NCBI GenBank assembly: GCA_009914755.4
Contig: CP068257.2
Coordinates: forward strand, 19,168,001-19,232,000
Direction of reading: 5' to 3'
From: the human T2T-CHM13v2.0 reference genome, Homo sapiens
Length of the DNA stretch: 64,000 bases
Under the pieces are notes generated by a model. The model made no database searches, had not been told where the DNA came from, and saw nothing but the letters and a program-made list of their open reading frames with translations. A program made the position numbers and the translations under genes. This document shows, one piece after another, positions 39,262-54,652 of this stretch; within the stretch, counting starts at the first letter, position 1, and each line of letters opens with the position of its first letter.

Positions 39262-40049
39262 TCAGGCTCCTCAGTGGTGACACTAGAAGCTACAAGCAAT
39301 GAAACAATGCCTTCAAAATGTTGGATCCAAGTTGCTTTCAACTTTAAATATTAATCCAAAACTAAACACTCAGGAAAGAATAATTACATTTTTATTTCAC
39401 ATTTCTAAATATCTTTCTCCCATTTGTCCTTCTAGATGGTTCTGGTGTATGTGATCCAGTAAAACAAAGTAGCTAAAGAAGAAAGAGGAAACGTTGGGGT
39501 ATATGAACTAGATATTAAGTCCCCAGGATAATTCTTAAAGGAAATCTCAAGATTTCATCTGTGCAACAGACATGGAGGGTAACCAGGTCAGAACAGATCA
39601 GCCCCAAGTGCTCCAAGAGGCATCTTTAGAAAGATGAAATTGATGAAACGTCTGATGGGTAGGAATGTTGCAAGAAGAGATTTAGATATAAACAAGTGTT
39701 GTGGAGCATGTACATTACAAGCTAAGCAAATCACCACCACCAACACCACAAAAGATAACTATGAATTACAGAAATCATAGAAAATTTACAGAAAAATCAA
39801 AGTATAATTTACTTCATAACTAGCTAAGTGTTTGCATTGTTTTCATAATATAAACATTGATCTAACCAAAATTACCATGTAACAGGATTGAGAAGACGAG
39901 AGCATTTAAGTAAGTAATGGGCGAGGAAGACTAAAATTTAATTATTCTTCTATGTCAAAAATCAATAATGTTTAAACCTAAAAAATCAGAAGTTACCAAC
40001 CCAATCACAAAATTTAGCAGTGAGGAGGTAAATTGAAAGACTGAACTGA

Positions 40050-40431
<382 letters not shown>

Positions 40432-40920
40432 TCCACTGGTTTTCATGAGAAGCCTTGGGGAGTTATTTTACGCTTTGAATTATATGAGTGCATTAATGTC
40501 ATAAAAAACACTTTAAAAATATTAATGTCGCTGTATTTGTGGATTAAATTTGAAAAATGTTGTTCTAATCACCTGTTAGATTATTTCACATTTCTCATAC
40601 ATTTTGTAGCAGCAGTTTGAGGAAATGAAACATTGATTATGTTAACTAACTTAAAATATATAATGTAATGAAAGAAAAATTATTCGTGTGGTATAGGAAT
40701 AGTTTTGCTATTTACTGTAAACACCTTTTTCTCTACAATTCAAAGATAGTCTGGCCATCATTTAGCCAGAATGTTAGGTTCTTTAAAATGTTACCTGTAA
40801 TGACAGAAAAATATATTTAGCTATTCTTCATAAAATATGTTCATCTTTACTAGAGTTTCACTTTTTGTAACCAACAGCTTCATTTTATTATTAGCATAAT
40901 CTAATTTCATGATAAAATAG

Positions 40921-41388
<468 letters not shown>

Positions 41389-42981
41389 TAGTGGGTATAG
41401 TGGGTATACCAGCATATACCCAAAGCATAGTAGCTATATCAGCACACAATTTGTCAATCTCCTCCAACTACTGATCTGGAATTCACTTATAAATTGCCTC
41501 TTTATCTATGGCTGTTTATGTTTTAAACTTTTATTTGTCTGGCCTGTGAATTAGTAGTCTCTAGTTAAAAACACATACTTTTAATTTCTGCATATGTGGA
41601 GACAAAGACTGCAGGTAATAAGTTACCTTTAAGATTACAGATGTAAATGCTAAATTTGCTAGGATACTATTTATTATTGTAGTTCTTCTATTTCACTTCT
41701 CATTTAAAAACTACAAAACCTCTATCAACATGTTGCTTCAAATTAAATTTGGTTGCAGACTAAAAAAAAGTTTACCAGTTAGGCAATGTAAATAGGATTT
41801 TTTCCTGTTTATGAGGAAAGAAAGGACAGTTTTACTGCTTTCGCTTTATCCAGTCACACTTTATCTAGGAAGTGGATTTCATGAAAAATACTTCTAGGAA
41901 AATAAGAGGGGGCTTGTTGCCGGTTATCCCCTTTATAGCTCCTCCTGAATCGAAAGTTTTTTTGTCTTCTCCACAGCTATTTCTATTCTGTCCCATTTCT
42001 GGCTTCCAGATTTTAAATTAGTAAAACAAAAAAAATGATTCTAGCAACTTGGGTTTTCAAACAATTTAATAAGTTGCCTTAAATATTCTTTATCTTCTTT
42101 TCATTGGACTTATTCAAGTAAAGATTGGATAAGTTTTTTTTGTCAGAAATCTTTAAGGAAGAGTTCCCATATTTGAAAGGAAACCAAATCACAGTAACTC
42201 CAAAATTCCTTCTAATTCCACATCATTATGGTTTTGAAGTCACCAACATTCTTACAAATATTTCCGTATATCAGATGAACCTAACATGATGAGTTTAGGG
42301 TGGCAATAAAGTCTAGAATAGATGAATATACACAAGTGGTTATATTACAAAATGTACACTACAACATAGCTACAATACAAGGTGATATTACATGCTTTAT
42401 GTTTTCAGACTTTAAGTTCATCCTACATAATTTCAATAATAATGAACTTTTAATTTTGGCCAATTAGTACTGTGCAGGATATAGAATAATTTGAAATTAT
42501 CAGCCATTATCCTTAAGGTTCATTCTACATGAATGTTAGATAATTATGCTTTTTAGCTAATTAAAACTGCGGTAATTGAATTTTGGACATCATTGTCCAT
42601 ATAAAGCATTTTATAAAGAAATAATGGATCCTAAGGTCTTAGGAGCTGTTGGACAAAAATCACTGTGGAAAGTTTGATATTTAATCTCGCTGCAAGCAAA
42701 AGTTGGAAGTAGAGAATTCCGTTGAAAGAGCAGCAATATCTTAGCAGTTCATCTGAATAGAGAATCAAAAATGATCTTGATCCAAGTTGTGTACATCTAA
42801 ATATAACAAGGTCTTGCCACTAACTAGAGACTGCGCAAAATAAATACACATAACCGGTGAGATGAAATCTCACGTTTGTATTGAGACATGAGCATCATGG
42901 GCCTGGAAAGGTTTCAGCAGGACTAGTAATATTCTGATATTATACAAAACCTGTGTTCACCTGTTAACCTGACTGAATATG

Positions 42982-43018
42982 TCACGGCTTGTTGTTTGTT
43001 TGTTTGTTTGTTTGTTTG
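42982..43018. repeat. (GTTT)n tetranucleotide repeat
   Basis: cttgttgtttgtttgtttgtttgtttgtttgtg. Confidence 0.95.
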
Positions 43019-43909
43019 TGGTGAAGAAAATATGTGATTTGTTCCCTTTGTCTTTGCCTTTTTTTAAAATCTAAACAATAGGTTTATCATTTGGTATTTA
43101 AACCCTCTCTCTTTTATTAGTTCACGATTTCTTTTTTAATAGTACAGATGTTTTTGTTTTTCTGTAATGTTTCCTTCAGGGAATTTTTTTCCACATTTCA
43201 TTCATTTCTTACTCCTTCAACCCTCGTGCTGATGCTGACCATTCTCAAAGGTAAATCACCTGACATCTAAAACTGCTTGACAGCATTGAGAGCATTTCTA
43301 AAATCTATAAGAACAGCACTTTAAATTTTAAAGGATTTTTCCCTTCTTTCTGAGTAACGGTAAATCTGGTTGATGTCAATCTTGGACTGATAGTGTTGAA
43401 GTCACTTGGAAGACTGCATTCATTAAGTAGTTTTGATGAGAACAGAGTTCTCTTAATGCATTTTCAAAATGGATAAATGCAACACACACAACAGAAACTA
43501 AGTATTATTCTCAAAGAAAAGGAACTACTTTTTTTGGAGTTCAAAGAATGTTTGCTAGATTTATGTTTTAGGTCTTTATTGACAAAAAATATATTAAATA
43601 TTTTTGAAACCTCTTTTAGTTGAAAACAGAATGATAGTTGAATATTTAAGCAGGTAACTATTCATATAAATAGTTTTATTCATAAAAATACCTGATGGCA
43701 AACATATATTTCAAATAAAAGGGGTGCAAAATGTTAATTTTCTTGAAACGGAGAATAACTGCTAATGTTGTTACATTATTTATGACATTTATAGTCCAAA
43801 ATATTTTCTGTGAATTTGGACTTTAAAACACGTAGGAGTCCCGCTGGAAATTCACACTTAATAATTTGCACCCAAACTTCATAAATCTACGGTTTCCACA
43901 AAAGCCAGA

Positions 43910-44336
43910 GTTCATTTGTGTTGCCATAAAGGAATACCCGAGACTGGTAATTTCTAAGGAAGAAAGGTTTATTTGACTCATGGTTCTTCTGCAGGCTATA
44001 CAAAAAGCATTGCAGTGGTATCTGCAACTGGTGAGGACCTCAGACTTCTTCCACTCATGGTAAGGGGAAAGGGAAGCTGGTATGCAGAGATTATTTGGCA
44101 AGGGCAGAAGCAAGAGAAGGGAGGGAGGAGTCAGGATCTTTTTAACAATCAGTTCTCGTGGGAACTAACAGAGCGATAACTCACTCATTACCTCAAGTAC
44201 AGCACTAAGCCATTCATTAGAGATTCACCCCCCATGACCTAAATACCTTCCCTCAGGCCCCACTTTTAACATTGGAAATCAGATTTCAATATGAGATTGG
44301 AGGTGACAAGTATCCAAATTATATCACCAACCTTAC
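43910..44336 (-). mobile_element. MaLR LTR (MST/THE1-related, diverged)
   Basis: gttcatttgtgttgccataaaggaatacccgagactggtaatttctaaggaagaaaggtttatttgactcatggttcttctgcaggct...ctcactcattacctcaagtacagcac...cacttttaacattggaaatcagatttcaatatgagattggaggtgacaagtatccaaattatatca parallels the THE1/MST antisense consensus (..cccgagactgggtaatttataaagaaaagaggtttaattggctcacagttc...tttgggtggggacacagccaaaccatatca). Confidence 0.65.
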
Positions 44337-44424
44337 TTACGCTGATATTTGTTTAATTAGAGTTATATTTGTGCTTCTGTTTTAAAATGTAATAGTTGCT
44401 CAGTTAAACTGCAGACCTTACCCC

Positions 44425-44520
44425 TGAGATGCAATTGTTACCTCTGAGGTCTTAAGTAACTTGTTCAAGATCATGCAACTAGCACATCATCAAAATAAGG
44501 ATATAAGTCCAGGCATCTAC
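44425..44520 (-). mobile_element. MIR fragment (ancient SINE), tentative
   Basis: ctgaggtcttaagtaacttgttcaagatcatgcaactagcacatcatcaaaataaggatataagtccaggc resembles antisense MIR (gaggttaagtaacttgcccaaggtcacacagctagtaagtggcagagccaggattcgaacccaggc). Confidence 0.4.
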
Positions 44521-47260
44521 CTGATGTTTATGCTCATAATGACTTGGCTCTAATCCACGGATTTAAGAAAAGGAAGTTCAGAGTTTTCAGCCTATATAAG
44601 CAGAACTCAGTATCAAAGTATAGTTTGATAATGCATGATTTTATAAATTTAACTATACATCGGGTGAAAGATACCTCACTTTAGAGTAGAAAACTCAAAT
44701 GCTCAGAGAATATGGGAAGCATTCCAAGGACAATCTAAAACAAAATTAAATACAGATCAAGCAAATTTTATCTTTAAAGTAAAATTAAAAGTGAACCAGC
44801 TGTCAAATAAAATGTAAGAATGAAGTAATGATTAGTGATATTCATAAGGTTTAGTCAGTGGTTGTCACCATAGCTGAAGACTTTATTCATAATTCTACAA
44901 ATAGCGTTGGAAGTGTGTCTCTTGAGAAAGAGGTGAAGCCAAGTGGTGATTTTTTTTCCTTCAATTTAGGATAAGAAAGCAATGGATGAGGAATTAAAAT
45001 TATAAAAAAAGTAATTGATGGCAGAATTTCCCAGTGCAGGCATTAGCATCAATAACCTAGGATTCTGGATTATATTTTCAAAGAGTAATATGGAAGAAAA
45101 GAAGAATGAATAAGAATTGAGGAGATAAAGGGGAGCAAATTGTGAATTGCTCAGGCTTGATGTGGATATGCTCAATTAGTTAAAGCAATGTCTTTCATCC
45201 TGTGAAATTGTCATGACAGCGAATTGAGTAATCCTTCACAAAGGAAAAAAGCTTCTCAATGAATATTTAATTTTTCTCTTGAAAAATGCAAAATCCTTCT
45301 GATGTACACTGTTATGGTTAAACCGATAAGTAAGAACAACAGCAACAGAGAAAGGAACATCAAATTTCCATTTGATGATTGCTTTTAAAACTGTGTGTGA
45401 ACTATCATATAATAGATCTGCTGCCATAGGCATCACTTTGTTTCTATGATTATTTTAAGCAGGTTTAATAAGTTCTTCTCTTTACTTGATAATTACCAGC
45501 AGTAGACATGACAAAGTTATTAAAAAGTCAGCAAGGTTGTGTATGAAATCTGACATCTTTGTGGAATCCCAAGAGTATTTCCACCCCATTTTTAAAGTTT
45601 GTTTGGCTTCTATTACATAAAATCTTAAAAAAACTGCTTAATCCATTTTTAAAAATAACAAATAATACATGTTATATGACAGATTAACACATATATATTT
45701 CTCGTTTCTCCTTGATTTAAGAATAAAAGTATTTATGCAGCAGGAGTCAGCAGCATGCTGTAATGTAGTAACGATCTGATCAGAGTGAAGTACATATGTT
45801 TTCATCCTTAGAACTTGCTCTGTCTAGGCAAAGTGGACTTACATGGTTTTCACTCCTGTGTGGTGGCCCTCATTAGTGGCCACCATAATTTATAATATGT
45901 GCAATTATAATATTTATAATATGTGTGATTTGTTTATATGACTGGACCCTCCCAATAGGTTCATTTGCCGCTGCCTAAATAGAGCTGATTTATCAAGACA
46001 GAGGAATTGCAATAGAGAAAGAAAGCGTTTAATTCACATAGAGCCAGCTGAACAGAAGACCAGAGTTTTACTATTACTCAAATAAGTCTCCCTCAAAATT
46101 TAGAGAGTGGGGTTTTTTAAGGATAATTTGGTGGGTATGGGGCCAGGGAATGGGGATTGCTAACTGATCGGGTTGGAAATGAAATCATAGGAAGTCAAAG
46201 CTGTCCTCTTGCACTGAATCAGTTCCTGGGTAGGGCCCCAAGACCACATGAGCCAGTTTATTGATCTGGGTGGTGCCAGCTGATCCATGGAGCGTAGGAT
46301 CTGAAAAATAGCTCAAGCAACAATCCTAGGTTTTGCAACAGTGATGTTTTCCCTAGCAGCAATTGGGGAGGTTTTGAATCTTGTGGCCTCTAGCTGCATG
46401 ACTCCTAACCCATAATTTCTACTCTTGTAGCTAATTTGTTAGTCCTACAAAGGCAGTCTTGTCCCCAGGCAAGAATGGGGGTGGTTTCAGGAAAGGGCTG
46501 TAACCATCTTTGTTTCAAAGTTAAGCTATAAACCAAATTCCTCCCAAAGTTAGTTTGGCATACTACCAGGAATGAACAAGGACAGCTTGGAGGTTACAAG
46601 CAAGATGGAGTTGGTTAGGTCAGATCTTTTTCACTGTCATAATTTTCTCACTGTTATAATTTTTGCAAAGGCGGTTTCATGACCACCTCTATTTTTGAAA
46701 GACAAAACATACAATTTTAAAAAGAGAACATTTTCAAAAATAACTTCTAGTCAGGATTTTTTTTAAGCAAAGATGATAAGAATCTACATATAGAGCTCAA
46801 TCTTGTTTGAAATTAGGAACCCAATATTATAAATAGCATGATTTATTAATAAATGTAAGTTCTTGATTAGGTTGGGCCCTACATCTCTAACTTGTATAAT
46901 AACTTCCCAATTCTTCACATGAAAACTTTATTTTCATTCAAATGAAAAGCGGGCTTAATATAGTTTTGGATCAAATTTTTCCCCAATCTTGGAAGCTCTG
47001 AGGCTATTGTATCATGCATGATAGAATCATGTACACTTTATCTGTTCCTGCAAGCAAATTATTAGTATTTTTTTTGAGAAACCATTACGGAATGTGTTAA
47101 TAATGATAAATTACTTAAAATTGTGATTTAAAGGCATACAACATATTATGGATAATAAGAGCTAACATATGTTGATTATTCCTGTGTGACAGCCATTCTT
47201 CTAAATGTTTTACATGTATAACTCGTGTAATGCCCACAGCAACCCTATGAGATAAAGTGC

Positions 47261-47740
47261 TAGTTCCTGTTGCTGCTGTAACAGATTACTATAATCCTAA
47301 TGGCCTCAAATAACACAAACTGATTTTCTTATAGTTTGGGAGGTCAGAAGTCTAAAATGATTCTTATGGGGCTGAAGTCAGGGTGTTGATAAGGTTGGTT
47401 TCCTTCTGGAGGCCTCCCTATAGAATCTGCCTCAGGCCTCTTCCAGTTTCCAGACGCTGCCAACATTCCTTGGCTTCCAGCCACATACCCTAAATCCCCT
47501 TCTACTGTCACATCACATTCTCCTCTTTTGTAGTACAGTCTCCTTCCGTCTCCCTCTTATAAGGACACTGTTGATCCAATAGGCCCACCCAGATAATCCA
47601 GTGTAACTTCCCTATCTCAAGAACCTCAACTTAACCACATCTGCAAAGTCCCTTTTACCATGGAAGGTAACACATTTACAGATCCTAGGGATTCTGATGT
47701 GGGCATCTTTGGGGCACTATTATTCTGTCTATCACAGATA
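47261..47740 (-). mobile_element. MaLR LTR (MLT1-like), near full length
   Basis: ctagttcctgttgctgctgtaacagattactataatcctaatggcctcaaataacacaaactgattttcttatagtttgggaggtcagaagtctaaaatgattcttatggggctgaagtcagggtgttg...ggcccacccagataatccagtgtaacttccctatctcaagaacctcaacttaaccacatctgcaaagtcccttttaccatggaaggtaacacatttacagatcctagggattctgatgtgggcatctttgggg. Confidence 0.65.
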
Positions 47741-47749
47741 ATTATTATT

Positions 47750-47885
47750 CTCATTTTATAAATGAGAAAACTGAGGTTCAGAAAGAGATCAAATAACTTG
47801 TTTAAGATTATACAACTAGTGAGCAGTGAAGCCTGAAATCAAATACAGTGAGTCTCCCACTCTTGGCCACTGTATCATTCTGCCT
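47750..47885 (-). mobile_element. MIR (ancient SINE), core region
   Basis: ctcattttataaatgagaaaactgaggttcagaaagagatcaaataacttgtttaagattatacaactagtgagcagtgaagcctgaaatcaaatacagtgagtctcccactcttggccactgtatc, against antisense MIR cattttacagatgaggaaactgaggcacagagaggttaagtaacttgcccaaggtcacacagctagtaagtggcagagccaggattcgaacccaggcagtctggctccagagcccgtgctcttaaccactatgc. Confidence 0.7.
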
Positions 47886-48446
47886 TTATGTTAGTTGGAG
47901 GAGAATAAAAGCACCAAATGTAAAATCTTGGATTATCCAGTGTAGCTCTTATTTCCGGAAAAAAGGATCCTAATACTGAGTCCAGCCTGAAATGGGCTCC
48001 CTAGGTGTGGATGACCTGGCGGCCCTCATTAGTGTGTACATCAATAGTAATGTTAACAATGTCTATGTCGGTTGTCCCCAGGCTCCTTTAGTGACAGAAA
48101 TATCTTTCTGGCTCAGGTGTCCTCGATAATGTGCAGCCACCAAGGCAAACTTCCTATGATGCCTTCATTGCTGAGAGTCTACCTTGTGTTCCTGTAATAG
48201 CAGAGCTGTGTGTTCCCTCTTCTCTGTGGCAGCCTTTTCAGACTCCCGTGTGTTCCCAAATCACCTGAGGAACTTAGTATGAAAGTGACTCTCTGGACGC
48301 ATAGCAGACCTACTCGTTCAGAACATTCAGAATCTCCCAATATGGGGCCCAGATAGGGGTGTTATAGCAAGGTTTTCCTGTTTATTCTGATGCATGCCAA
48401 ATTTTGATTGTCACTCTCGGATTATGTCCTGATTCGTAATCTAAAG

Positions 48447-48628
48447 CAGTTGTTCACAATATTTTCCCCAGGGAACATTTGCCAACATTTTTTGGAGATA
48501 ATTTTTGCTCTCTCAAATGGGAGCATGCTATTGGCACCTAGTGAGTAGAGGCCAGGAATCTTTCCAAACATCCTACAATCCACGAACAGCCCCTGATAAC
48601 AAATAGTTATCCTGGCCAAGGGGAACCT
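48447..48628 (+). mobile_element. MER20 (hAT-Charlie non-autonomous DNA transposon), 3'-truncated
   Basis: cagttgttcacaatattttccccagggaacatttgccaacattttttggagataatttttgctctctcaaatgggagcatgctattggcacctagtgagtagaggccaggaatctttccaaacatcctacaatccacgaacagcccctgataacaaatagttatcctggccaa, against MER20 CAGTGGTTCTCAACC...GGGGACATTTGGCAATGTCTGGAGACATTTTTGGTTGTCACAACTGGGG...CTAGTGGGTAGAGGCCAGGGATGCTGCTAAACATCCTACAATGCACAGGACAGCCCCCCACAACAAAGAATTATCCGGCCCAAAATG. Confidence 0.75.
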
Positions 48629-48979
48629 TCTTAAAGCATGTGAAGAGATGAGGAGATAGTTTATTCTTTAAACTAAATCCAGTATTCTCTGTGTAAATGT
48701 GTTTCTTCACATCAATAACCGTTTAGTTTTGAGTCTGAAGTGAAAAAAAGGAAACAAATAACACGATAAAAATTGAGAAACTTTCTACATGTATAGGGTT
48801 AGGAGATATTAAGCTTTCCATGCTAATATTTTTTAAAATGTTTTATTAAAAGTAACTCTGTAGTCTACTGTCCCCCAGAATGGACTCTAGGAAATAGCTG
48901 AGCAATCTTTACTCTAATTGTGGTTCACTGTCATTGTATGAATGGTTTCAGGTCTCTGATATAATAAGCAAGAGATTGA

Positions 48980-49306
<327 letters not shown>

Positions 49307-49339
49307 TTACAAATTTGTACCATTAGTCATTGCCAGAAT

Positions 49340-49430
49340 ACCTCAGCTTGATCCGTACAAGCTGTGTGTCCATGGACAGGTTAATTAACCTCTCCAATCT
49401 CAGTTCCCTTATCTATAAAATGAATGCCAA
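49340..49430 (+). mobile_element. MIR fragment (ancient SINE)
   Basis: gctgtgtgtccatggacaggttaattaacctctccaatctcagttcccttatctataaaatgaatg, against MIR ctgtgtgaccttgggcaagttacttaacctctctgtgcctcagtttcctcatctgtaaaatgggg. Confidence 0.6.
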
Positions 49431-52400
49431 TTCAGGAACTCAAATAGCACACAGATTCTTGCATCTGTAAATGACAAAGGAGACGAATATATATATGGAA
49501 CCCTGTCTGTTTTATGGGGAAGTCTTTTTATTGAGAACTTATTATGCATCTAGCTCTGTGTTTAAGAATGTATAAACATTCCTCCTCCATTTTTCCCTCA
49601 GCCTCATTTTTTAAAATAGCAAACCTAAGAGAAGACAGTATTTTTTAAATTAATTCTGAGAAGCTCTACACATGTGCTTGCTTCCAAGACGTAAGGAGAT
49701 TTAAACTGAAACAGTGGGAAAAAAAATTAAAAATCTCTGTGCTGCTGACTTTCTGGTGTCAGGACAAGAGAAGACATTAGGATTTTATATATGTTGCCAT
49801 TATCTTACACTGGTAAAAAGTGAGATCTTCAGTAATGAATATTAGTATTTTGAACAGCTAAGAGACTGAAGAATCTAGACTTATAAGGTTCATTAATTAA
49901 ATTATCCAACAAAATTTCTATTATTGATTTACATTATTCTAGAGTATTGGAAATACAAAAAGAGAGAAGAAAAAGCCCATGATTGGTTCAGTTTCTCATC
50001 TGAGGCAACTAATCTTTTCTCTGAATACCCACAAAAGTACCAGAAGTAAGATAGTAACCCAGGTCTGTAGGTTGTGAAAGATAAGAAAAGATAGCTTTGG
50101 ATTTTGAAATATATATGTTTAAATTCTGTGTATTTTTGTCAGTGTTGCCATTTTCAACCTTAGGAAACAAAATAATAAACTTTTGTTATTCAAAATTTAT
50201 AACACTAGATGAAAGTAAAATCACAACTTTCAAATTTTTAAGGTTATAGTATTTCTACTTCTGAAGTTATTCAAACTTAAATCTGCCCTGAGACTTTTGG
50301 AACATGGATATTACTGTTTCACCCTACTGGCCAGAGTAATCAATTGATAATCAAGTATTGCTCTTGACAGAAGTAGAGAAAAAGAAAAGTACTAGAATGT
50401 ACTGAGGTGTATCCAAACAACCTGGTCACTTAACCTCCCCAAGGATTTCTTCCTACCTGTGACTTTATTTTGACACTTGACTCTAAGTCATTTTTGAAGT
50501 CATAGCATTGCCTGTTGTGTCTTTAATAGAAGCAATAATAAATGATTCTCATTTTTAATTGTTTTAGGCTCACAGAAAACCTGGGTACCTGAAATACCTA
50601 ACATTTTATTTATTTTAATTAGGCAGAAGCTGCAATTCATCCCTTGCAAAAATATGCCACAGGCAAAAGCTATTAAAAATCTCTGTGACTCTGCACACTC
50701 TACTCTTGTTTGTAAAGGTGGACCATTACAAGGCAATTTGCTACATGTGGGGTGAATTGCAAGGCACATAACATTTACAAATATGAGCAATTAAATTGAA
50801 AACCACTCATTTCTGTTATAATACTCAACCATATGACATTCAATCTATAAATACTAAACTTAAATTATATTTAAGGTACAACCAAAGTTTAGGATGAAGG
50901 GGCAATTCTCTAGAATGCAATTTGAAAGCAAAATTTAGAAAAGTAAATAAGAAAACAGACTTGAGAAAAAACTATTTATTAAGCACAATACTCTGCAATT
51001 TAAAGTAGAAAATGTATTTATAGTTTGCGGTGTGGACCTCAGTGGATTTCAAATGCTCTCAGTGTAAACATAAACAGAAGTCATATCCTTATGTTTTAAA
51101 CACCAGAGTGTGGAGAAGCAACTTCAATCTAAAAAAATCACAGGAAATTATTCAGTGCAACTTTCTTGGTATGGGATAGTCCCTTCAAAGTAAAAGGCAT
51201 ATTTCTCTTTGTATACTGGTTACTGTTATTTAATAATTTTGATAAATTCAACAAGTAAAGTATCTTGATAACTGACAAGGAAAAATAATTCTTACTGAAA
51301 AACTTTATCCCATTCTTCGCACCTCATCCCCAATCATACTGGTTGTTAGTTCCAAGTCTTTTTGTTCATGCTTTTATTTTAATACAAAATTATCCTCCTC
51401 GTTAAGATGGTTGCTTGTATTACCAAAACTATTGTTGGTAAGATGAAAACAGAGATGCCGGGGGTGGAATAAAGCATCTGCTTCCAAGAATGACCCTTAT
51501 CTTATTTGCACAGTACTCTGCAAACATCACGATCCCCATGCAGTCCCTGATTGCTCTGTCTTTGCAGAGACGTTTGTTTTACATGTTGAAATATCTGTTG
51601 TGCGTGTTTCTCTATTTCCTGTTTGCAATTAAGGCAATCTCAACAGTGTCCACTTTAGAAATATTACCTCTGCCACTCTCTCCCACATCAGACCTGTTAA
51701 GCAACTGTTACAGGAAATTTTAAAACACTCAGTTTTTACCTGTATGATAATGGTAATTACACTGTGTTATAAATAAATATTTATTTATAAATTATTATAA
51801 ATAATTATTAAAGGTATATGAATTAAAATAAAAAACTTTCTAAAATTGGAAAAATCTTGAAGATGAAGATTGTTTATGTTTATTAGAATCATTAGCAGCC
51901 TATCACAATAGTTGATGCTTGAAAATTTAGGATTAATGATGACATTTTTATTTTTTTCCTTCGATGTTGTTGCATTGCCCAGGCATTTAACAAATACGCA
52001 AATAGGTGTCTATGTAGATAGATGCACACATGTATATCTGTCTACATAGACAACTATTTGCATATACACGTATATATGCATATACACGTATAGGTACACG
52101 CATAATGAGTAAATGCAAATATGTCTATTTGTGTTTATGTAAAATTATGTATTAAGTAGTCTTTCTTCCATGCTCGATATTTCTTTTTTGTTCTTGTTAA
52201 ATCAGAACACCTATAGCTAGAAGAGAAGAATTGTAATGTTGCCAACACAAAGAAAAAATAAATGTTTGAGGTGATAGACACCTCAATTGCCCTGATTTGA
52301 TCATTACACATTGTATACATGCGTCGAAATATCGCATATACCCTCACAATCTGTACAACTATGACATAGCAATAGAAGATCTTGAAGAAATTCAGAATAT

Positions 52401-54096
52401 CTAGCTTCTGCTTGGTCTTTGAATGGACTTCACAAAAGAAATCAAAAGTATGGTTGGAACTTATTTTTTAAATATTAAATAAATTTTAGAAATGTACCAT
52501 ACTGCACATAAAAATTGAGTATTCACCTAGATGAGCATATGAATTATTATTTTTCTGCTGGTGAACAAATTTATTCAGTAGGATGAGATGTGTGGGAAAT
52601 TGCCATTCACTATAAAATTAATGAAACAGAAAAAATTTCCTTTTACAATCTAATGCTTTTTTAACTTAACACAGACATTGAGATTCAAGTTTTTATTAAG
52701 TGCAGCTTGATCAAATTTCAGCATGCATACATCACTATTGTTCATCAATAACTGAAGAAGATTTTGTTGACTACATTTTTATCAGATATTTCATGTGAAC
52801 ATGAAAACAGAAAGAATGAGTGTGGGTTGATATAATGCCTCGGGAGGGTGCCAGGCTTTTCGTTCTCATAAGCACGTATTTTCAGATGCTTTGAGAAGGT
52901 TAAACGATTTTGAAAACTTCATTATAATTTGGATTTCAGAAAGCCTATCCTAGAAATAAACGTTTCAATTAAATCTTCTTAAACCTTATGGTAAAAGAGT
53001 TTAAAGTCCCCTACCTTATGATTGTAGAAATTAAAATCATCTTATAGGTGGGCTATGAAGAGAAAATTTTTATTAGATGTAGTCAAAAAAGTAGAATTTT
53101 TTACATGAATAAAAATAATTAAGATTTGTTATGTTTTTAGTTTGTATGGGAGTATGTATGTGTTCCCTTGGGCTTAATTTTTAAGATTAATATTTTTACA
53201 AAAGATTACATTTTTTTCTTATATGGGACTTATCACAAAATTAAAGCTGAAGAATAGAGACATGATTTGTTTACCATATGCAAGCATTTGGATATTTGTT
53301 CTAAAATGGAAATACATTTTACAGAATTCTTAAGGTAGCATGAAAGCTAAGTTTATGCAAAAGAAAAATAACAGGTTCTAGTGGCTCGTAAGAAATGTTT
53401 GGTATTTCAGAGATATTCCAAAAAAGTGAATCAAGGGTTCAACTTGTTCCTTCACCATCATATAGGGCATGGTCCTATTCTTCATCTTTGAGTATCAGCA
53501 TAGCCATATTTTAATTCCAGGCCACAACAAGACAAAGAGAGAATGGAAGACCTCACACATAATGCTTTAAAGTTAAAGCCTGCAAGTGTTACACATTATT
53601 TCTGCCCGCCCCCAGTTGGCCTGAGCTAATTTACGTGACTGTTCATGACTGCAAGGAAAGTTGTGAAGCACAGTCTCCGGCGATGTCAGTTCAAACTCTG
53701 GTGGGAGGTTCATTGATTAAAAGGAGGAAACAGAGAATACATGGTGGGAGATGGGAAGATGTATCTGTCACCCAGATGTCTGGCAAAGGTTTTGTTATTT
53801 TAATCTCGTGGAAGAGGCTAAAGAATAACAGAATGAGTTGAATTCAGAATGTTATAATTTGTGCTACAATCAGTTGTCTAAAAAGCTATGTTTATACCTA
53901 TGCCTATTTCTTTTGTGACTTAAATCTTGGAGGCCAGCCATATTTAGTTATTTTTGTAAAAGTTACCAAATTACAATATTAGGCACATTTTTCAAAATGA
54001 TGCTCTCGTCTTCTTATTATGCTTGGGTCGTTTATAATATATTGAGGTTTTGCAAAAACAAACTGATGTAAGATACAGTATGCATTATCTTACATC

Positions 54097-54146
54097 ATAC
54101 ATACATACATACATACATATGAAAAGGAGAGAGAGAGAGAGAGACA
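54097..54146. repeat. Compound microsatellite (ATAC)6-(GA)10
   Basis: atacatacatacatacatacatatgaaaaggagagagagagagagagaca. Confidence 0.95.
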
Positions 54147-54595
54147 GTAATAGAGATATCTATGAAATTGGAATCAGGTTAAACATATTTCAACTGACCC
54201 TAAATTCCTTAAAAATATTTCTTTGTAGGTATTCTGATTTAAACCACTAGTTTAATGAAATGCAACCACTAATTAGGGTTACTCTGTGTTATTCTTACAG
54301 TGATTCATTCTTCTAAGTTCCAAACTCCTCAAGATATTTGTGTGTCTATGTATTTTTTCTCTGTAAGAGACAATTTTGGGTATTCTTAATTAAAAGCAGC
54401 CACTGTCACAGTAAGAATAAACACTATCAGAATGTTGGGGAGGGAGGAGAGAGAGAGTGTGAAGATGCTGGAGCTTGAAGAAGGGCTTATGATTGTGATC
54501 TGAAGAACAAGCTCTAAGACCTAAGACAGGTGGAAGGGACTCGGGACCATAATGAAACCCCCTGAGCCAAACCCATGAGAAATGATGGAAGTGGT

Positions 54596-54652
54596 AAGAA
54601 GAAAAAAAAAAAAAGGAAAAGAAAGAAAGAAAGAAAGAAAGAAGGAAGAAAA
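54596..54652. repeat. Polypurine tract: A13 followed by (AAAG)n
   Basis: gaagaaaaaaaaaaaaaggaaaagaaagaaagaaagaaagaaagaaggaagaaaaa. Confidence 0.95.
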
